A stretch of DNA of 64,000 nt from Octopus vulgaris (taxonomy: Eukaryota): the NCBI GenBank assembly GCA_951406725.2, contig OX597818.1, positions 76,260,001 to 76,324,000 on the forward strand, written 5' to 3'. How positions within the stretch are numbered: position 1 is the stretch's first letter; the number at the start of each line of letters is the position of its first letter. The notes under the pieces were generated by a model, which was not told the origin of the DNA, made no database searches, and saw nothing but the letters and a program-made list of their open reading frames with translations. Positions 16,763 through 30,890 of the stretch are shown piece by piece. The position numbers and the translations under genes were made by a program.

Positions 16763-17439
16763 CACGTTGGAGAATATTCGGACGTGATAAGGCCTTTCAT
16801 TGTGGAAATATCAACCTAGACATGCGTGAAAACACATTGTGTGTGTGTATCTGTGTGTGTGTGTGTGTGTGTGTTGTGAATGACATCATTGGATAGTAGG
16901 AAGCATGCCTTTCTGCGTCGTTCCACATCGCCTCCAACGAAAACCAAATCTATCATCCACAGTCCGAATAAGAATGAAATTATTCTTATTAAAACAGCAT
17001 GTGAAATGTAATGCTTGTTGATGTGAGTAAAGCTTCGTCAAGCTACAATTTAATAAATAACGTCGCACGAAGCAGTGCTGATTAAAAAAAAACGGTATGA
17101 AGTTGTATTTAACGTTGTATTGTATTCGGACTTGTGAAGACATTTCACTACGTGATAGTCTCGGCAGAGGATTCTTTCCCCCGGACATGTGTGAAAACAA
17201 ATTTCTTGGGGCTGGATATGTGAATATCACCTTTGAAACGTAAGACGCATGCGTTTCTGAGTCTTGATTTTCGTAGCTGACGGAGTGGGACGACACAAAA
17301 ACACACGCGACCTACGATAATGTCATTCATGCAACAACTCCCAAGAAATGCATTTTCACACGTGCCTTGGTGGAAAATTTTCTCCCGGAGCTATAGCCGC
17401 AGCGAAAGGTTTTAACACGTCCGAATTCATTCGAACGTG
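16763..17439. mobile_element. Non-autonomous TIR element, possibly piggyBac-type
   Basis: TTAA|CACGTT..ATTCGGACGTG..AA..CCTTTC at the left mirrors GAAAGG..TT.ACACGTCCGAAT..AACGTG|TTAT at the right. An inner inverted pair TGAATGACAT..GTAGG (~16877) / CCTACGATAATGTCATTCA (~17311) is also present. Confidence 0.55.
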
Positions 17440-17544
17440 TTATACATACATGCACACACATAAATAAACAAATATATACATACATACATACATACATACA
17501 TACATACAAACATACATACATACATACATACATACATACATACA

Positions 17545-17575
<31 letters not shown>

Positions 17576-20500
17576 GTTACGAAGGGTATAGGGTTACCAG
17601 TTTTTACTAATGTATCTATCATTGTACAATGTTATGTTACGTGTTCGATGAGCGTAAATAATTAATAGAGTCAGTCCTTAGAATAAACATTGAGACTTTA
17701 TTCCTCTGTAAAATTTGCATAATAGTTCGGACACAATGAAACATTAGCAAGTTCTGTTAGACTGTCGATCTCCATCATCCCAGTAATTAAGTTTAGACCA
17801 TCACTGGTTATGAATCCGTAGTGTGTCAATTCTCCTCTGGGAAGGCTGGATCCTGCAACTCGTCTCAGTGACAGCTATGACCCCTCTCACTCATAAAATG
17901 TCTGTCGAGCCAATTTATGGAGAAAAGGGGGCACCAAAGCACATACAGAATTTGTCGCTTAAAATATGTCACGAGGAACGTGATTGGACTTCAATCTAAT
18001 TTTCGCGCAACACTTAACTAATTTCAGTACAGGACTCATTAACCTGGCCAAAAGCTTATGTGATGGATATTTTAGCCAATCGCAACAAATTAGTGTGGTG
18101 AGCTAATAATTAAATGATCGCTACATTTATAAGTAAAACTCAATGCTCTTTTTATGCAACAATACAACATATATAGCAACCAATGCCCGAGAAATAGTAA
18201 CTAAATTTCCGTCAAATAACATCCCTACCGCCTTGAAAAAAGAAAGACTCACTGGACAATTTAGTCCCTGGTATAGGAAAGGGAAACGATAGAAAAAAGG
18301 GGATGGTCCACCTGGAACGGTTCTGGTACGGTGTTTGATATGTGGTTAAACAGTTAAGATAATGATAGGAAGAACACGAATAACAACTATAATGCAAAAA
18401 CGACCACAATAACGGTAAGGATGGCGGCGGCAACAGCTGCGACAACGACCACGAGGCGAGGGCAGCAGTAAGAACAACAACAAAAATGATAACACCAATA
18501 AGAACAAGAATATATGTTGGAGTTGCTAATATTTCTCTTTGAAATTATTTTCCATACTCACAATCAAGTATAGTCTTAGAACTGCAGCACGGATGCACCA
18601 AGGTGAGGTGACCACATGGCTGCGATTGGAAACAGACACAACCTCGATACTACTACTTGGCTACTATGACAGAGCAGATAACCTCTTCTTTGGCCAGTAA
18701 ATAACCAAAGAAGCAAAGTGAATTCAAGCTTTAAAAAAATGATGTGGAGTTTATTTACTTTAGAGATGTCTGTGTACCATGCACACACACGCACACACAC
18801 ACACACATGTACATGCACATATATTTGTGTGTATGTATATATATATATGTATATATATGTATATAAGTATGTGTGTGTTTATATCAAAACACATATACAT
18901 GTACACACAAAAATATATTTAATATGTAAGTATGTATGTGTATATATATATATATACATACACACACACATATATATATATATCCACATCCATACAAGTG
19001 TAATACATGTGTAATTAATGTATGTAACGTATGTTATATAACCAACGTTCATCTGATATTCGGCTGCATACAATCACAATACATTGAATTTAGTTGGAAA
19101 CACTTGAATGATTCATAATTCATAGAGATAAATGATTCATAATTCATGGTGATAGATGGTTAAATTTAGAGTCACGTTAATTACGTTACATCAGCAATAT
19201 TTAAAGTGTAATTTTTTTAAAAATGTACAATTAAAAGAGTATAGTTAGAAAAAAAGTAGTTTGAGAAAATTTATATTCTCATGTAACGTAATCCATCGTC
19301 CAGTTTAACCTCACCATCAACACCACCCCTCTACTACCACCAGCGCCATCACCACCAACGCCGTCAGTAGCGCCAGTGTTCACCGCCACCGCCTTCACCG
19401 CCACCATCCTATCTCCGCCGCTGCTGCTATCACGACTATCACTACCATCACCACCATCACCACCCTTACCACCACCGCCGCCAAAGTCGCCAATGCCCGC
19501 CTCTGTCATTACCCCTGCTTCCATCACTATCACCACCACCACCATGGTCTTGAGTGTGTTTGGTGGAAGCCACTCTCCATCAAGCGTTCGAAGTAGGTGT
19601 CTGATCCGAAGTTAACTCCCTTACTCCCACCAAAGAAACCTTGAAAGGGATTAAAGATACTACCCTCTCTCGTTTGATTAAAGCATTTAAAAATTAAGAA
19701 AAAGCCTTCAATGATTATCTTATCTTTTATTTAGACATATTGCATCTAGGAGAACATTGTTTAATATGCGCTTGTTTCAGTGAAAATTTTTGTTATTTAA
19801 CTCCAGGTTAGTACTGATCCAGCAGTATGCAACCGCTGGACACGTGTCTTCCTCATGTTGACCAATAAATTCAAGTAGAATCTGATAGGTGGACATTAGG
19901 CAGAAGCTGCGATCTCTAAGCAGGCTGAATGTCTGTCTCTTTACAAATATAACTTTTTAAAGTTTTCAGAATATGTAAAATCTGTAAATGTTGGAATAAT
20001 GTGGTTGTTACAATATACAAATTAAAGGGAACCGTTTAAACACAACATCAACGTTTCAGATGTTTCGTTAATATATACCTAAGGATAGACAAGGGGGAGA
20101 TTAACAATTATCCGTCATTTTCGACAGCGTTCCTCAAGAAGTACATATAGTTGGTCGCAATTTACCTCTTCAAAAGTGGGTGGTTGACAGTCACGAAAAG
20201 ATTATGATAATCCTAACCAGAAATAATTTAAGCCACTTTGGATGGGCCTCTACTTATGAATTATGAATGAAGGGGTACATTATCTAATTTGAGCTGTTTT
20301 ATTGTTAATCTCTGTTATTTAGTTTAAATTAGTACTGATCCAACAACCATAAGTTTAAAGTTTTACATGTAAGGACGCTATAAATCAACTTTCTAGGGTT
20401 ACACAGCTTCTAACAACCCCTGTCAAAAGAACGGTATGGCCAACAGATCTGAAAGAGGCAACAAAGTACCTGCTGAGAGAATCATCAGCACTAAAAAATC

Positions 20501-20649
20501 TCCTTGGGGCTATACTTTATTTCTAGATTCAATGGATGGCTGTCGAATTCTTGCTGTGTTCATCTACCCTTTTAGAAAAGTACTGTTTACTTTTTTTCCT
20601 TTTTTTTTTTTAACATGATAGGGTATCCAACAAGCACCCACCGACTATA

Positions 20650-21400
20650 TAACAAGTTGCACTGTTTTACATGTTTACGAGTTGTAGAAAAATTTTAATA
20701 TGACCAAACCTTAAACCAGGAAAGAACGAGAGACTGTCTCTATATTGTTGTCAATTATCGCGACCAACTTTTACTACAAACATCGAACGGTGAGGATGGA
20801 TGGGTGAAAGCCAGTACAAAAACTGCAGTTGATGTCCTATAGATCTAACGAATCCGTGAACAAAAGAACTGATGTGGAAAAACATAGGTTATCAAAAAAC
20901 AAATTCTTATCCCCAACTGGAAATGGTTTCTACAAATGTTTTCATATCGGTGCTTTCCAAATTCTTTTGTCCAACTGCAAATGTTTTCTTAAAATGTTTT
21001 CATATCTTTTTTTATAGTATCATATTCCCTGAAATTAATGTGTCCAATATCAATAATTATTTAATAGGTATTTAAAAACTTTAGTTTACTAAAGCTTCTT
21101 TTTCTTGTGTTGTAATTATTATTCTTAATGCAACGCGCAGATTTGGCATTACATCCTGCATCTTATTATTGTGGGTGAATTTAACCGTTTCTATTGGAAG
21201 CATTAAATCTCCAGGAAATAATTCCATAATATTTGGTTCAGTCGAGAACTGACATCTGTTAATGTTACCCATGCAACATCTAAAATAAGCTTCACCTCAT
21301 TCGAGGAATTTTCACGTTTTGGTTTTATTATTTTTTTTTATCAAATAACTCCATATTTTTCGTATTTAGAAAACTCCAAAAACAACATATGACGTCGCGC
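20650..21400 (-). mobile_element. Possible hAT transposase relic (dimerisation-domain fragment)
   Basis: ORF 21081-21272 contains MQDVMPNLRVALRIIITT, like the PNL.IALRI.LT motif of hAT C-termini. Boundaries are uncertain. Confidence 0.4.
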
Positions 21401-21459
21401 CACCTATTGCGTATTGGAGCTGCCAATGGATTTCCCCAACCTTGTGTATGGATAGGTAA

Positions 21460-22130
21460 ATATTCTTTTCTATTCGAGGCACAAGACCTGAAATTTTTGT
21501 GCAGGGGGCAGTCGATTAGGGCGACCCCAGTAGGCAACTGGTACTTATTTAATCGACCCCGAAAGGATGAAAGGCAAAGTCGACCTCGGCGGAATTTGAT
21601 CTCAGAACGTAGCGGCAGACGAAATACCTATTTCTTTACTACCCACAAGGGGCTAAACACAGAGAGGACAAACAAGGACAGACAAACGGATTAAGTCGAT
21701 TATATCGACTCCATTGCGTAACTGGTACTTATTTAATCGACCCCGAAAGGATGAAAGGAAAAGTCTACCTCGGCGGAATTTGAACTCAGAACGTAGCGGC
21801 AGACGAAATACGGCTTAGCATTTCGCCCGGCGTGCTAACGTTTCTGCTAGTTACCGCCTTTGGTACATATATTAAAAACAAAATATAAAAATAACAAAAA
21901 TACAAAAAACGTTCACATTTAATATTGGTTTCAGATTATGACGAAAAGCCAGCAATTTTTGGGGAAGGAGTAAGTCGGTTGAATCGACTCCATTGATTAA
22001 ATGTTACTCATTTTATCGACCACGAAAAGATGAATGGTAAAGTGAACCTCGGTGAAAATTTGAACTCAAAACATAAAGGCGAAATGCCGCTAAGCATTTT
22101 GCTCGGCGCAGGAACAATTCTGCCAACAAT
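21460..22130 (-). mobile_element. Cluster of three family-B SINE copies (two abutting at 21460-21860, one older at ~21925-22130)
   Basis: Repeated CTGGTACTTATTTAATCGACCCCGAAAGGATGAAAGG.AAAGTC.ACCTCGGCGGAATTTGA.CTCAGAACG blocks. Confidence 0.85.
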
Positions 22131-22498
22131 TCTTCGTTCACCTTTAATATCATTAGGCTGACACTCAAGGAAGAATAGAAAGAGTAAAAGTCACAATGTT
22201 TCGGACACAGTCTTTCTTCAGATACTAGAGGGAAGTCCAGGAGATGGTGAGAAGAGAAAAAGATGAAAATAGAAGAGAGCCAGGAAAAAAGGACTTGGGT
22301 TAGATTCATACACGCACGCACACAGATGCACAAACACACACAGACACACGCACACACACAGACACACGCACACACACACTTATATATATGCATATACACG
22401 TATATATACATATATATTTGTATATATATATATATATATATATAAAATAGGTGTGTGTAATATATATGATACATGTATGTGTATACACACACACACAC

Positions 22499-22536
<38 letters not shown>

Positions 22537-23164
22537 ATGTATATGTATGTATATATATATATATATGAATATGTATATATATATACATATGCATACATAC
22601 ATACATACATACATACATATACATACATACATACATATACATATATACACACATACACACACACACGCACGCATATTTCCGTCTATTGTCGATTTTTGGG
22701 TAAAAGATCTGTGAAATTCTCTGCTCTCTGTCTATCGCATGAGTACTTTTGGAATCATTGATTAAAGTGAAACCATCCGTCTTTGGCACAAAGAAGAGCA
22801 GTAGTTAATTGCTAAAGGCCAAATATCTGATTTAACAGTATGTGCGTTGTTCGGTGTGTCATCAGTCTTCCCCAAACTACATCTCATCGCTTTACATGTG
22901 AGAAAACTCACATTAGATGTTGTAGTCTATACACTCGTCTAGAAAAACAGGCAGAAGCTACAGATGGAATGCTTTCCATCTTATATGTACTCGGTCAGGA
23001 GAAGCTTGCGTTCAACATTAACAACATACAGATCTTCTGAAGGACACAAAATATCGCATAATAATTTCTTTCTTCTGCACCATTAATACAGAGAGTTGAC
23101 GGAATAAGAACGTTGGAAGATACTTTCCAGAGTATCAAGTAATCAACAAGGTCTCTTCTCCCAT

Positions 23165-23554
23165 AATTGCTATCTCTGTACCAAATAAGGCTTGCAGTCA
23201 TGTTGGGACACCGCCTTGAAGCTTTTTAGGCGAATGATTTGACCCCAGTGCTTTTTAAAGCCTGGTACTTATACTATTGGTCACTTTTGTCGAACCGCTA
23301 AGTTACATGGAGGTAAACACATTAGTACCGGTTGTCAAGCGGTGAGGGGGACAAAGACAAACACAAAAACACACACTCAAAGATATATATACGACTGGCT
23401 CCTTTCAGTTTCCGTCCACCAAATCCACTAACAAGGCTTTGGGTAACCAGAAGCTATCGTAGAAAACATATGCTCAAGGTGATACGAAATAGGACTGAAT
23501 CCAGAACCATGTGATTGGGAAGCAAAGTTTTTATCACCCAGCTACGCCTGCGCC
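23165..23554 (-). mobile_element. Family-A SINE
   Basis: Reverse-complement similarity to 16230-16620; the head ends ...CAGCTACGCCTGCGCC. Confidence 0.8.
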
Positions 23555-24329
23555 AGCGTGTGATGGTTTGTATGTTGATAGTTGACAAGTTGAAGACTGC
23601 ATATTTGACCTTTCTAATGACGGAGTCGTCAAATGCAATAGTTGTCAGGATACATGGTGGAAGTCAGCTTACCAAGAATGAAACGGATAAGTTGGTTTTC
23701 TCGAATTCCATCAAAATAAATAACAGAAGGAACTGATATTTGAAATGGCCCTTAATTTACTGTTACGATGTAAAGAGAGCTGCTTCGAGTTGTATAAAGA
23801 GTAGTAAACGTTCTGTTGCCCATTTCGTAGGTAGTCTGTAGTCTGTAGTCTTCTAGGAGACAGAAGGAAGAAAAAGAGAAGAGTAAGAGAATTTACCTTT
23901 CTGGGTTGATGAGTAGAGAGAATAAGAGTTGTGTGGCCCTTCCTTGACATGCCACGAGAGAAGAGATGGAAAGAGAAGGTTGACCTTCCGACAAATGCCG
24001 GATACAAAGAGGAAGAATTGTAGTTGGGTTCTTTATTTATAATATTTTCCTAGCTAAATTAGGTCAGGCTAAGCAAAGGAGTCTTTTATCTGCTTTCAAC
24101 TGTCGTTGACCCAAGATTATTAGTTAAAGAACAGAACTTATTTAAGTATTTTAGTTAACTCTCGTAAATTTTAGTGCGAATGCCGAGAACAATGAAAAGG
24201 AGTTTGCAGAAAAATCTAGACCAAGGTTTCAATTCCTTGCTAAGAATCCGGGGAACGATTTGCTTCATATGTATGTGTGTGTATATATGCATTCATGCAT
24301 GTATATACGTACGTATATATGTATGTATG

Positions 24330-24635
24330 TGTTGTATAATGAAACTGTATCGCCCTCCCGGTAAAAAGTGGTAGGAGTCGTCTATTATAAACAGACCAGT
24401 AGCCAGTCGTCAAGAGAAGGTCGAGAGTCGAAGAGTTGAGAGACGACAATTCTAGTCGGTGCCTTGTGGAACTATCAGCGATGGTAAGACTGAAGTTAGT
24501 GTATTACTATTCCGGTACGAAGAGATACATCGGTATCCGATAACTAGTAACTGTTGTGGCTACTGGCCAAAAACAGCAACAACAGTACATTGGCAGTCAC
24601 ACATCAGACTAGTTGGAGGAACCCACTTTACAACA
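24330..24635 (+). repeat. 5' LTR of a Ty3/gypsy element
   Basis: Starts TGTTGTA and ends TACAACA (TG...CA, 7-bp inverted termini), immediately followed by a PBS. Confidence 0.8.
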
Positions 24636-24636
24636 G

Positions 24637-24647
24637 TGGCGACGAGG
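24637..24647 (+). promoter_or_regulatory. Primer-binding site (probably tRNA-Ser)
   Basis: TGGCGACGAGG lies one base after the LTR end and is complementary to ...CCUCGUCGCCA, the 3' end of eukaryotic tRNA-Ser(GCU). Confidence 0.75.
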
Positions 24648-27559
24648 AAAAACAAATTTACGCGGAGTGAAAAAAAAAAACATTCACACGGAGAGTATAA
24701 TTCACATGCAAAATTAAATAACTCGACAAAAAGAGAAACAAAAATTTTGTTGTGCAGACATATGAAAAATCGTAAAATATTGTTAGCTTGTTAGTTGGGG
24801 TAGTTGAGTTGCAAAAACAGCAATAACAACAACTCAAGGAACAACGAGAACAACAAGTATTGCAGCAGAAAATGTTACAAGTAATGAAGTTGATAACCAA
24901 ACCAGAGAATACATTTTCGTCTGACCATGTAGCAAATTCCATAAGTGAATTCAAAAATGACCCCGAAGAAGGAGTAACTTTCGAGACTTACTTTCGAAGA
25001 TTCGAACAAATTTTTGAAAATGAATGTCAGGATTTGGACGGACGAAATGAAAACGCATCTAGTGTTAAGAAAACTAGCGACAGCAGAGCATGAGAAGTAT
25101 AGTAACTTCATGTTGCCAAAAAAAAAAAAAAGGGGAAAGAAAGAAAGAAAAAGCGTACAACATAAATTTCATCGACACATTTGACTTTTTGTGCAAAATG
25201 TTTAGTGAAAGAGCTCACTGTTTAATACTAGATGGAAATGTTGAAACATGTAAAGGAGCGAAGATTAAGACTTCACTACTTATACAGAGTCAACAAACAA
25301 CGTGAGAGATTTAGGCTAGATATGCTTACTCCAGGTTCTTTCAGGTGTTTGATTTTGTACAAGAATTGACAGATAAAAAGGATGCAGAAATTCGAACAAA
25401 AATTCTAGCAAAACTGGAACTGAACCAAGATTTGACATTGCAGAAACTGTCGGAAGTGTGTGACATGATATTAAATTTAAGGCAAGACACGGAAAAAATT
25501 TAACAGAAAGAGTATTTTCACATAAAACCAGTGCAAAAAAGTAGGAAGACAAATAAAGTGTTGCGGGAAAAAGAAATATTGATATGTAGATCCATGTATA
25601 GCATGTGGTGGGATGCATCTGAAAAAAGATTGTTCGTATAAAAAAACAAAGTGTTTTCGCTGCGGGGTTTACAAGACATATAAAATTGTAATGCAAAACT
25701 AGAATGATAGGAAGTTGGAACAAACAAGAAAAAATTGTTCGTCAGCAGGAAAAGTTGGGACTAAAACAAACAGAAAATTCGTGAATGTGATAATTCAAAC
25801 CACTAGTGTCAGAATGCAATTAGAAACGGGAAGTGTCATCACAATCATAAATGGGAAAACATGGGAACAAATGGGTAAACCAAAATTATGTAGTCCAAAC
25901 AAAATAGCGCATGGTGTTACAGGAAGAAAATTATATATCACGCGTGAATGCATTTGTAATATAGTATTCAAAAGATCGAACCAAAAAGTGAATGTTCATG
26001 TATTGAAAAAATCCATGAATTTATTTGGCACTGAATGTATGGAGAAATTTAATTTATGGGATATACCTATAAGCGTTTTGTGCAATAACGTAAACGGAGC
26101 AATCAAACGATAAAACAAAGTCGATGAACTGAAACAAATAAAAGTTATGTGAAACATCGAGCGTGAACTGCCAGTAACTTTGGAAAAAATAAAAACAAAT
26201 GCGAGAAATGGCAAATTTATTAATGAGACAAAAGGAAAACTGTGGTCGGCAAAAGAAAATAAAGGTCTGATGCAAAGAACCGCGAAGATGTGAGCGTGTA
26301 CTCTATTCTATATATGTTGGTGTACTAATGTACGCTCAGAGGGTGGTCATACCACATACATTATAGAAGAGAATGCTAAAAGAGTTTCATGTGGGACACC
26401 CTGGCATCTCTAGAGTGAAAGTGCTGATGCGAAGTTTCGTATACTGGCCAAGCATAGACAAGAAAGTTGAAAACCTGGTGAAAGGCTGCAGAGGATATAC
26501 GCTGGCAACAAAACTACCTACTACAAAATGTGAACCTTGGCCGGAAGTGAAAATACCATGGTTCCGATTGCATATCGATTTTGCAGGTCCGGTAAATGGA
26601 TATTATTATTTAATAGTTGTGGACAGCGACACAAAATGACCTGAGGTTGCGAGGTGTAAACGACCAACCTCATATACGTACAGTAATAAACTTCTTTCAC
26701 AAGCTGTTCGCAAGATTTGGTGTACCGGATATAATTGTCTCTGATAACGAAACACAGTTTGTATCCTGTGAGTTTAAAAGATTCTGCTAGATGTTTACGT
26801 TAGAACATAAAATTATAGTACCGTATCACCCTAGATCGAATGGAAGGCTCGAACGGTTCGTGGACACTTTTAAGAGAGCTTTAAAGAAAGCTAATAAAGA
26901 AGCCACAGACAGGGTCACTATCCAACAAATCTTACGGTAACTCCAAATCCAAATACGTCAGAAGGAAGTTCACCAGCAAAATTAACGTTTGCTAGAAAGG
27001 TAAAGTCAGTATTCGTTAAATTGTAACCGGTGAAGAAAAAAATATGTGCTAGTAGAGACATGCCAAAATTCTTTAGAATCGTTGAGAAGGTATATATATG
27101 TATATATGTACAAAATGGCAAGTAATACTGGGAAGAAGGAGAAATTGTAACATACATAGGAAGAATGATGTATGGTGTAAGAAGCAGAAATGGAAAGGAG
27201 ACATAGAAAAAGTCATAGAAAGGGAACCAACAAAAGTAGAAAGACTGATGGATTGGCTATATGACATTTTCAGGCTCCATCACCGTCACAAGAAATCGAA
27301 ACCACACGTACAAGGAAAAGGAAGAACACTGAATTCCTAAAAGCAGATACTAAGAAGATAAGATATTGAGTATATACGTAAAAAAATAAGAGGTGGAGTG
27401 AATAAAAGAATCGATTGTTAAAAATTATTCAATTTATTGATGAAAGTAAAAAGGCAAAAACTGGAATGACTTGTTACATATATAACACGTATGTATATGA
27501 TACATACAAAAGAAAGACAAAGAAAAACAAAAAAAAAAGAACAGAAAAGAAATATAAAA

Positions 27560-28520
27560 AAACATCAAAGCAACATCAAGTACTTCAATTGGTTGCACAG
27601 CACAAGTTTCAACGGAACCTGTTGAAGCAAGCCAGCACGCTCGCGGCATTACCACAAACGATGGCGAGACTAAGGCGTTGGAAAAGCCAAGCACCCTCAC
27701 GGGCATCACCAGACAGCGAACTGCCAACGATGACAAGAACTTTGCGGTTAGTGGCCCAGTTACCCCATACGTCTCAAATGCCTCAGGTTGGAAGAGATAG
27801 TTCACTGCTAGGTGCCGGTACTTCAGGAATTTGTTCCGTTTGGCTATGGAAACAGTGACACTCCCATTTACCGCAGCTTCCAAGATGTAGGAGTCACAGA
27901 CCGTGGTGTTCCAGATGAGCTACCTACCTCTTACTCAGGGGCAGAAGATAAGATCATCTAGTCTCTTCCCATCACTTCTGGATATTCCCGCCGGCTCTAG
28001 AACTGAGGAAATATCAATCCGAGCCAGGATCCGCTTAATGATTAAGTTTAGCTCGGTGTGACGAAGGAAGCAACCAGCATTTAGACGGCGAAACAGACCT
28101 GGGATCGCGAGACCTGTCACAGCGACATCTCAGTCTCCTACAGACGTCAGCTTCCACTCTGAGTGCGATGAAGAAGCGGAGCTCATCCAGACTGAGTAGA
28201 TCTCCAATGTTGGCCACAGGCAGGGCATCAGTCCAGTCCTCCGAGAATTTTGCATTAGTAGAAAGACACCTTGAAAATTGATCAAGGAGAAAGCTGAAAG
28301 GGGAACCTGAACGCAGACTGTCCCATACTCTCTGCTTCAGTCTATCCTCAACTGCAACAGGAACTGACAAACCCACCTCTCTCCATTGTAGCAGAGCTTC
28401 ATCCATCTCCCTGTTGGAATTAGTCCATGCTTGAGAGGTGAGGATGTTGCCTACTAAAGGAAAACAAGCATGGATGGAGGAAAGATAGAGACAAGCACTC
28501 GTGGTTGAGTAAAGCAGCCT
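27560..28520 (-). mobile_element. 3' fragment of a CRE-like RLE non-LTR retrotransposon
   Basis: W..ALP...G..L...ELR..IALR, CRC, RHTELN.II.R.L......LEP.G..R.DGKRLD, W.TTV.D and K..KY..L...Y.FQP.AFET.G..G occur in successive frames. Confidence 0.8.
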
Positions 28521-29084
28521 GGTTGAGGGACTCTGGAGAGAGTTTGACATTAACCAAGCATTCGAGTTTCCTGAAGATTCGGTTGTTAAAACATTAGAGA
28601 AATGACGAGAATTCATAAGAGGGACTAACTCTGAGAAACTACAATAACTTAGGAATCGACTTGTTTTCAAAATAGACAATGACCTTCTTTCAAAGTTTCG
28701 ACAAAGTTTCGTGAGAATTGAATTTAAAGTTGTTCACAGCTGGGGTAATCTTTCCTTTCAAGTTGTTTTTAATTCTACAATTGTATTTAAACATACATAT
28801 TAAGCGGTGTTTGTCTTTTCCGTAAACTGTTAGAAAAGTTACTTAACTTATTTCTTCGTGTGTATCGTTACTGCGCTATGTTTATATAAATATGTTAAGA
28901 TACACATATCGTTTATACGGATATGCTGTAATATATGTAATGTTTAAAATTCTGATGTAGAAATATTTGTATGGAATCTTAACGCACTTTGTACCTCAAC
29001 TTCTCCAATATTTGGTACATGGTCTTCATACGAGCAGTAATTACGCACGTGCAAGTGTCGGACTAACCATAACGGTCACCGTGA

Positions 29085-29117
<33 letters not shown>

Positions 29118-30589
29118 TGTGTGTTTCGAAACACAAAAACAAAAAACAAAACATACATCTACTGAGGGAAGCTTGGTCTGCAATATCTGCGGATGTGTAT
29201 GTTTATCAAGAGCTAGTCTTAAAAATCACCAACGCAGTCTCAAGTGTAAAGGATAAATTGGTCTCAGTGCACAATGTCCTTAGTGGTCAGCGATGGTCTT
29301 CCTCGGTCACTAATGGACAGCTACCAACGCCGTGTTTGTGTGTATGTGTGTAATTATGCATATTTACGTATCTATACGGTATCATAACCAATTACGGTTG
29401 ACTACAGAATCGGTATTGGCAGCAACTCAGTAGACTTATTCTGGTGACAATTTTTCAGGAATTATTGTGCATTGAGAATAGTAAAGTAACAACTAGAGAT
29501 ATTTCATAGTTCTTAAAATAGTAGACAACAACAGCAGCAATCTAGGATAATGAATTACAGATTCATTATTAATGTAGACTCTTTACAAAGACGTATTGCC
29601 TCATTAGACAAATTAATTACTGTTGTTGCTAATCGCTATATGATAATAGCCTATATAAATGTCGGTGGGTTGGTTAATCTTTTTCAGTCATGTTTCATAT
29701 CGTATAGAGGGGAGAGAAAGAAGAGGGAAGAAGGGAGGAGAGGTGGAGGGAGAGAGAAAGAAGCGGCCAGAGAGGAGAGAGGGGAGGGAGGGATAGAGAG
29801 AGTTAAGATAACAGATACAGGATGACTGCATATACTAGGCTTGGCGGCAGGCTATGAGTAAAGGAATGCTTCACACATACACACACACACACAACGAGAG
29901 AAAAAGAACCATATGGTGGAAGATGGGAAAAGGAGAAGGAGGAGGAGCAAATGACAGAGTAGTAAATATTTTCCATTTGAAAATTAGTTTTTATTAACTC
30001 ATTTTGTATAAGCAAAGAAATTTGATACAAGTCAAATTATAATGATTGTATGTGTGCCATATTTCTTGATGTTACCCCATGGTAGGAAAAATATACTTCC
30101 AAGGTTACTCGTCATATGACTGGTGACACTCTAATCTTCAAATAATTTGTTAAATAAACAGCAGTAATGTACACAAAACTGAATCGTCTGTTATAATTCC
30201 ATTCATAGTTTGGGTATTTTATCTATAGAAATAATACATTGACCCAAAACTTGACTGGAACTTTTTAATTTATCGACTAAAAAAAATGAAAGGAAGAGAA
30301 ATATTTTGTGATATAAACCAAGTAGAATTTGAACTCAGAACGTAATGGTTAACTAAATACTAGTGGAAGTGGAGGAGGAAAGTATCACCAAACTGGAGAC
30401 CTGGCTCGAATGCTTACAAATAGAATGATTCCGTTAAAGGCAGCCATAGAGCCAGACGGTGGTGTTCTACCAGGTGACTGATCGAGACTGCTAAAAAACA
30501 GGCCACAACAAAATCCAAACTAAAAATGCAGGAACGAATACCATTAGGTATCCGAACCGAGGCTTTAGTGATTCCACCAGGGCACTGTG

Positions 30590-30890
30590 CTACACTGGTA
30601 CTTTATTTATTGACCTTAAGAAGAAGAAAGGCAAATTTTGACATTGGCAAGGTTGAATTCAAAAACACAAGATAAATATATTTTCTACCATAAGCGCAAG
30701 GCCTGGAATTGTGGTGGTGAGGGCGCTAGTCAATGCCACCAAGACGCAACTGGTACTTTATTTTATCGACCTTGAAGAAATGAAAGTCAAAGTCAACCTC
30801 AGCGGAATTCAAAGCCTGAGTGTAAAGACGGACAAATGCTAACAGCATTTTGTCCGGCAAGCTAACGATTCTGTCAGTTCAACGCCTTAA
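30590..30890 (-). mobile_element. Degenerate family-B SINE copies
   Basis: CTGGTACTTTATTTTATCGACC..GAAG.AATGAAAG.CAAAGTCAACCTC.GCGGAATT blocks. Confidence 0.7.

Larger units (their letters stand above)
24330..27398 (+). mobile_element. Decayed Ty3/gypsy (Mag-like) LTR retrotransposon with gag, protease and integrase but no RT/RNase H
   Basis: Gag-like ..DPEEGVTFETYFRRFE..F and tandem Cys knuckles (~25595-25690). Protease MQLETGS (degenerate DTGS). Integrase HVGHPGI...WP, PWFRLHIDFAGP, VSDNETQF and PYHPRSNG. A purine tract AAGAGGTGGAG lies at ~27388. No matching 3' LTR was seen. Confidence 0.9.

Noticed and set aside
17575-18030. Possible solo LTR starting TGTTAC
   Set aside because: No clear matching inverted end, TSD or second copy in the window.
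18579-18705. Possible host exon (AG...open frame...GT)
   Set aside because: Poor polypyrimidine tract, no recognisable protein motif and no partner exons; cannot be supported without RNA data.
23590-24170. Unique-looking stretch with a 98-aa minus-strand ORF
   Set aside because: May be an old element relic, but I could not recognise any diagnostic motif.
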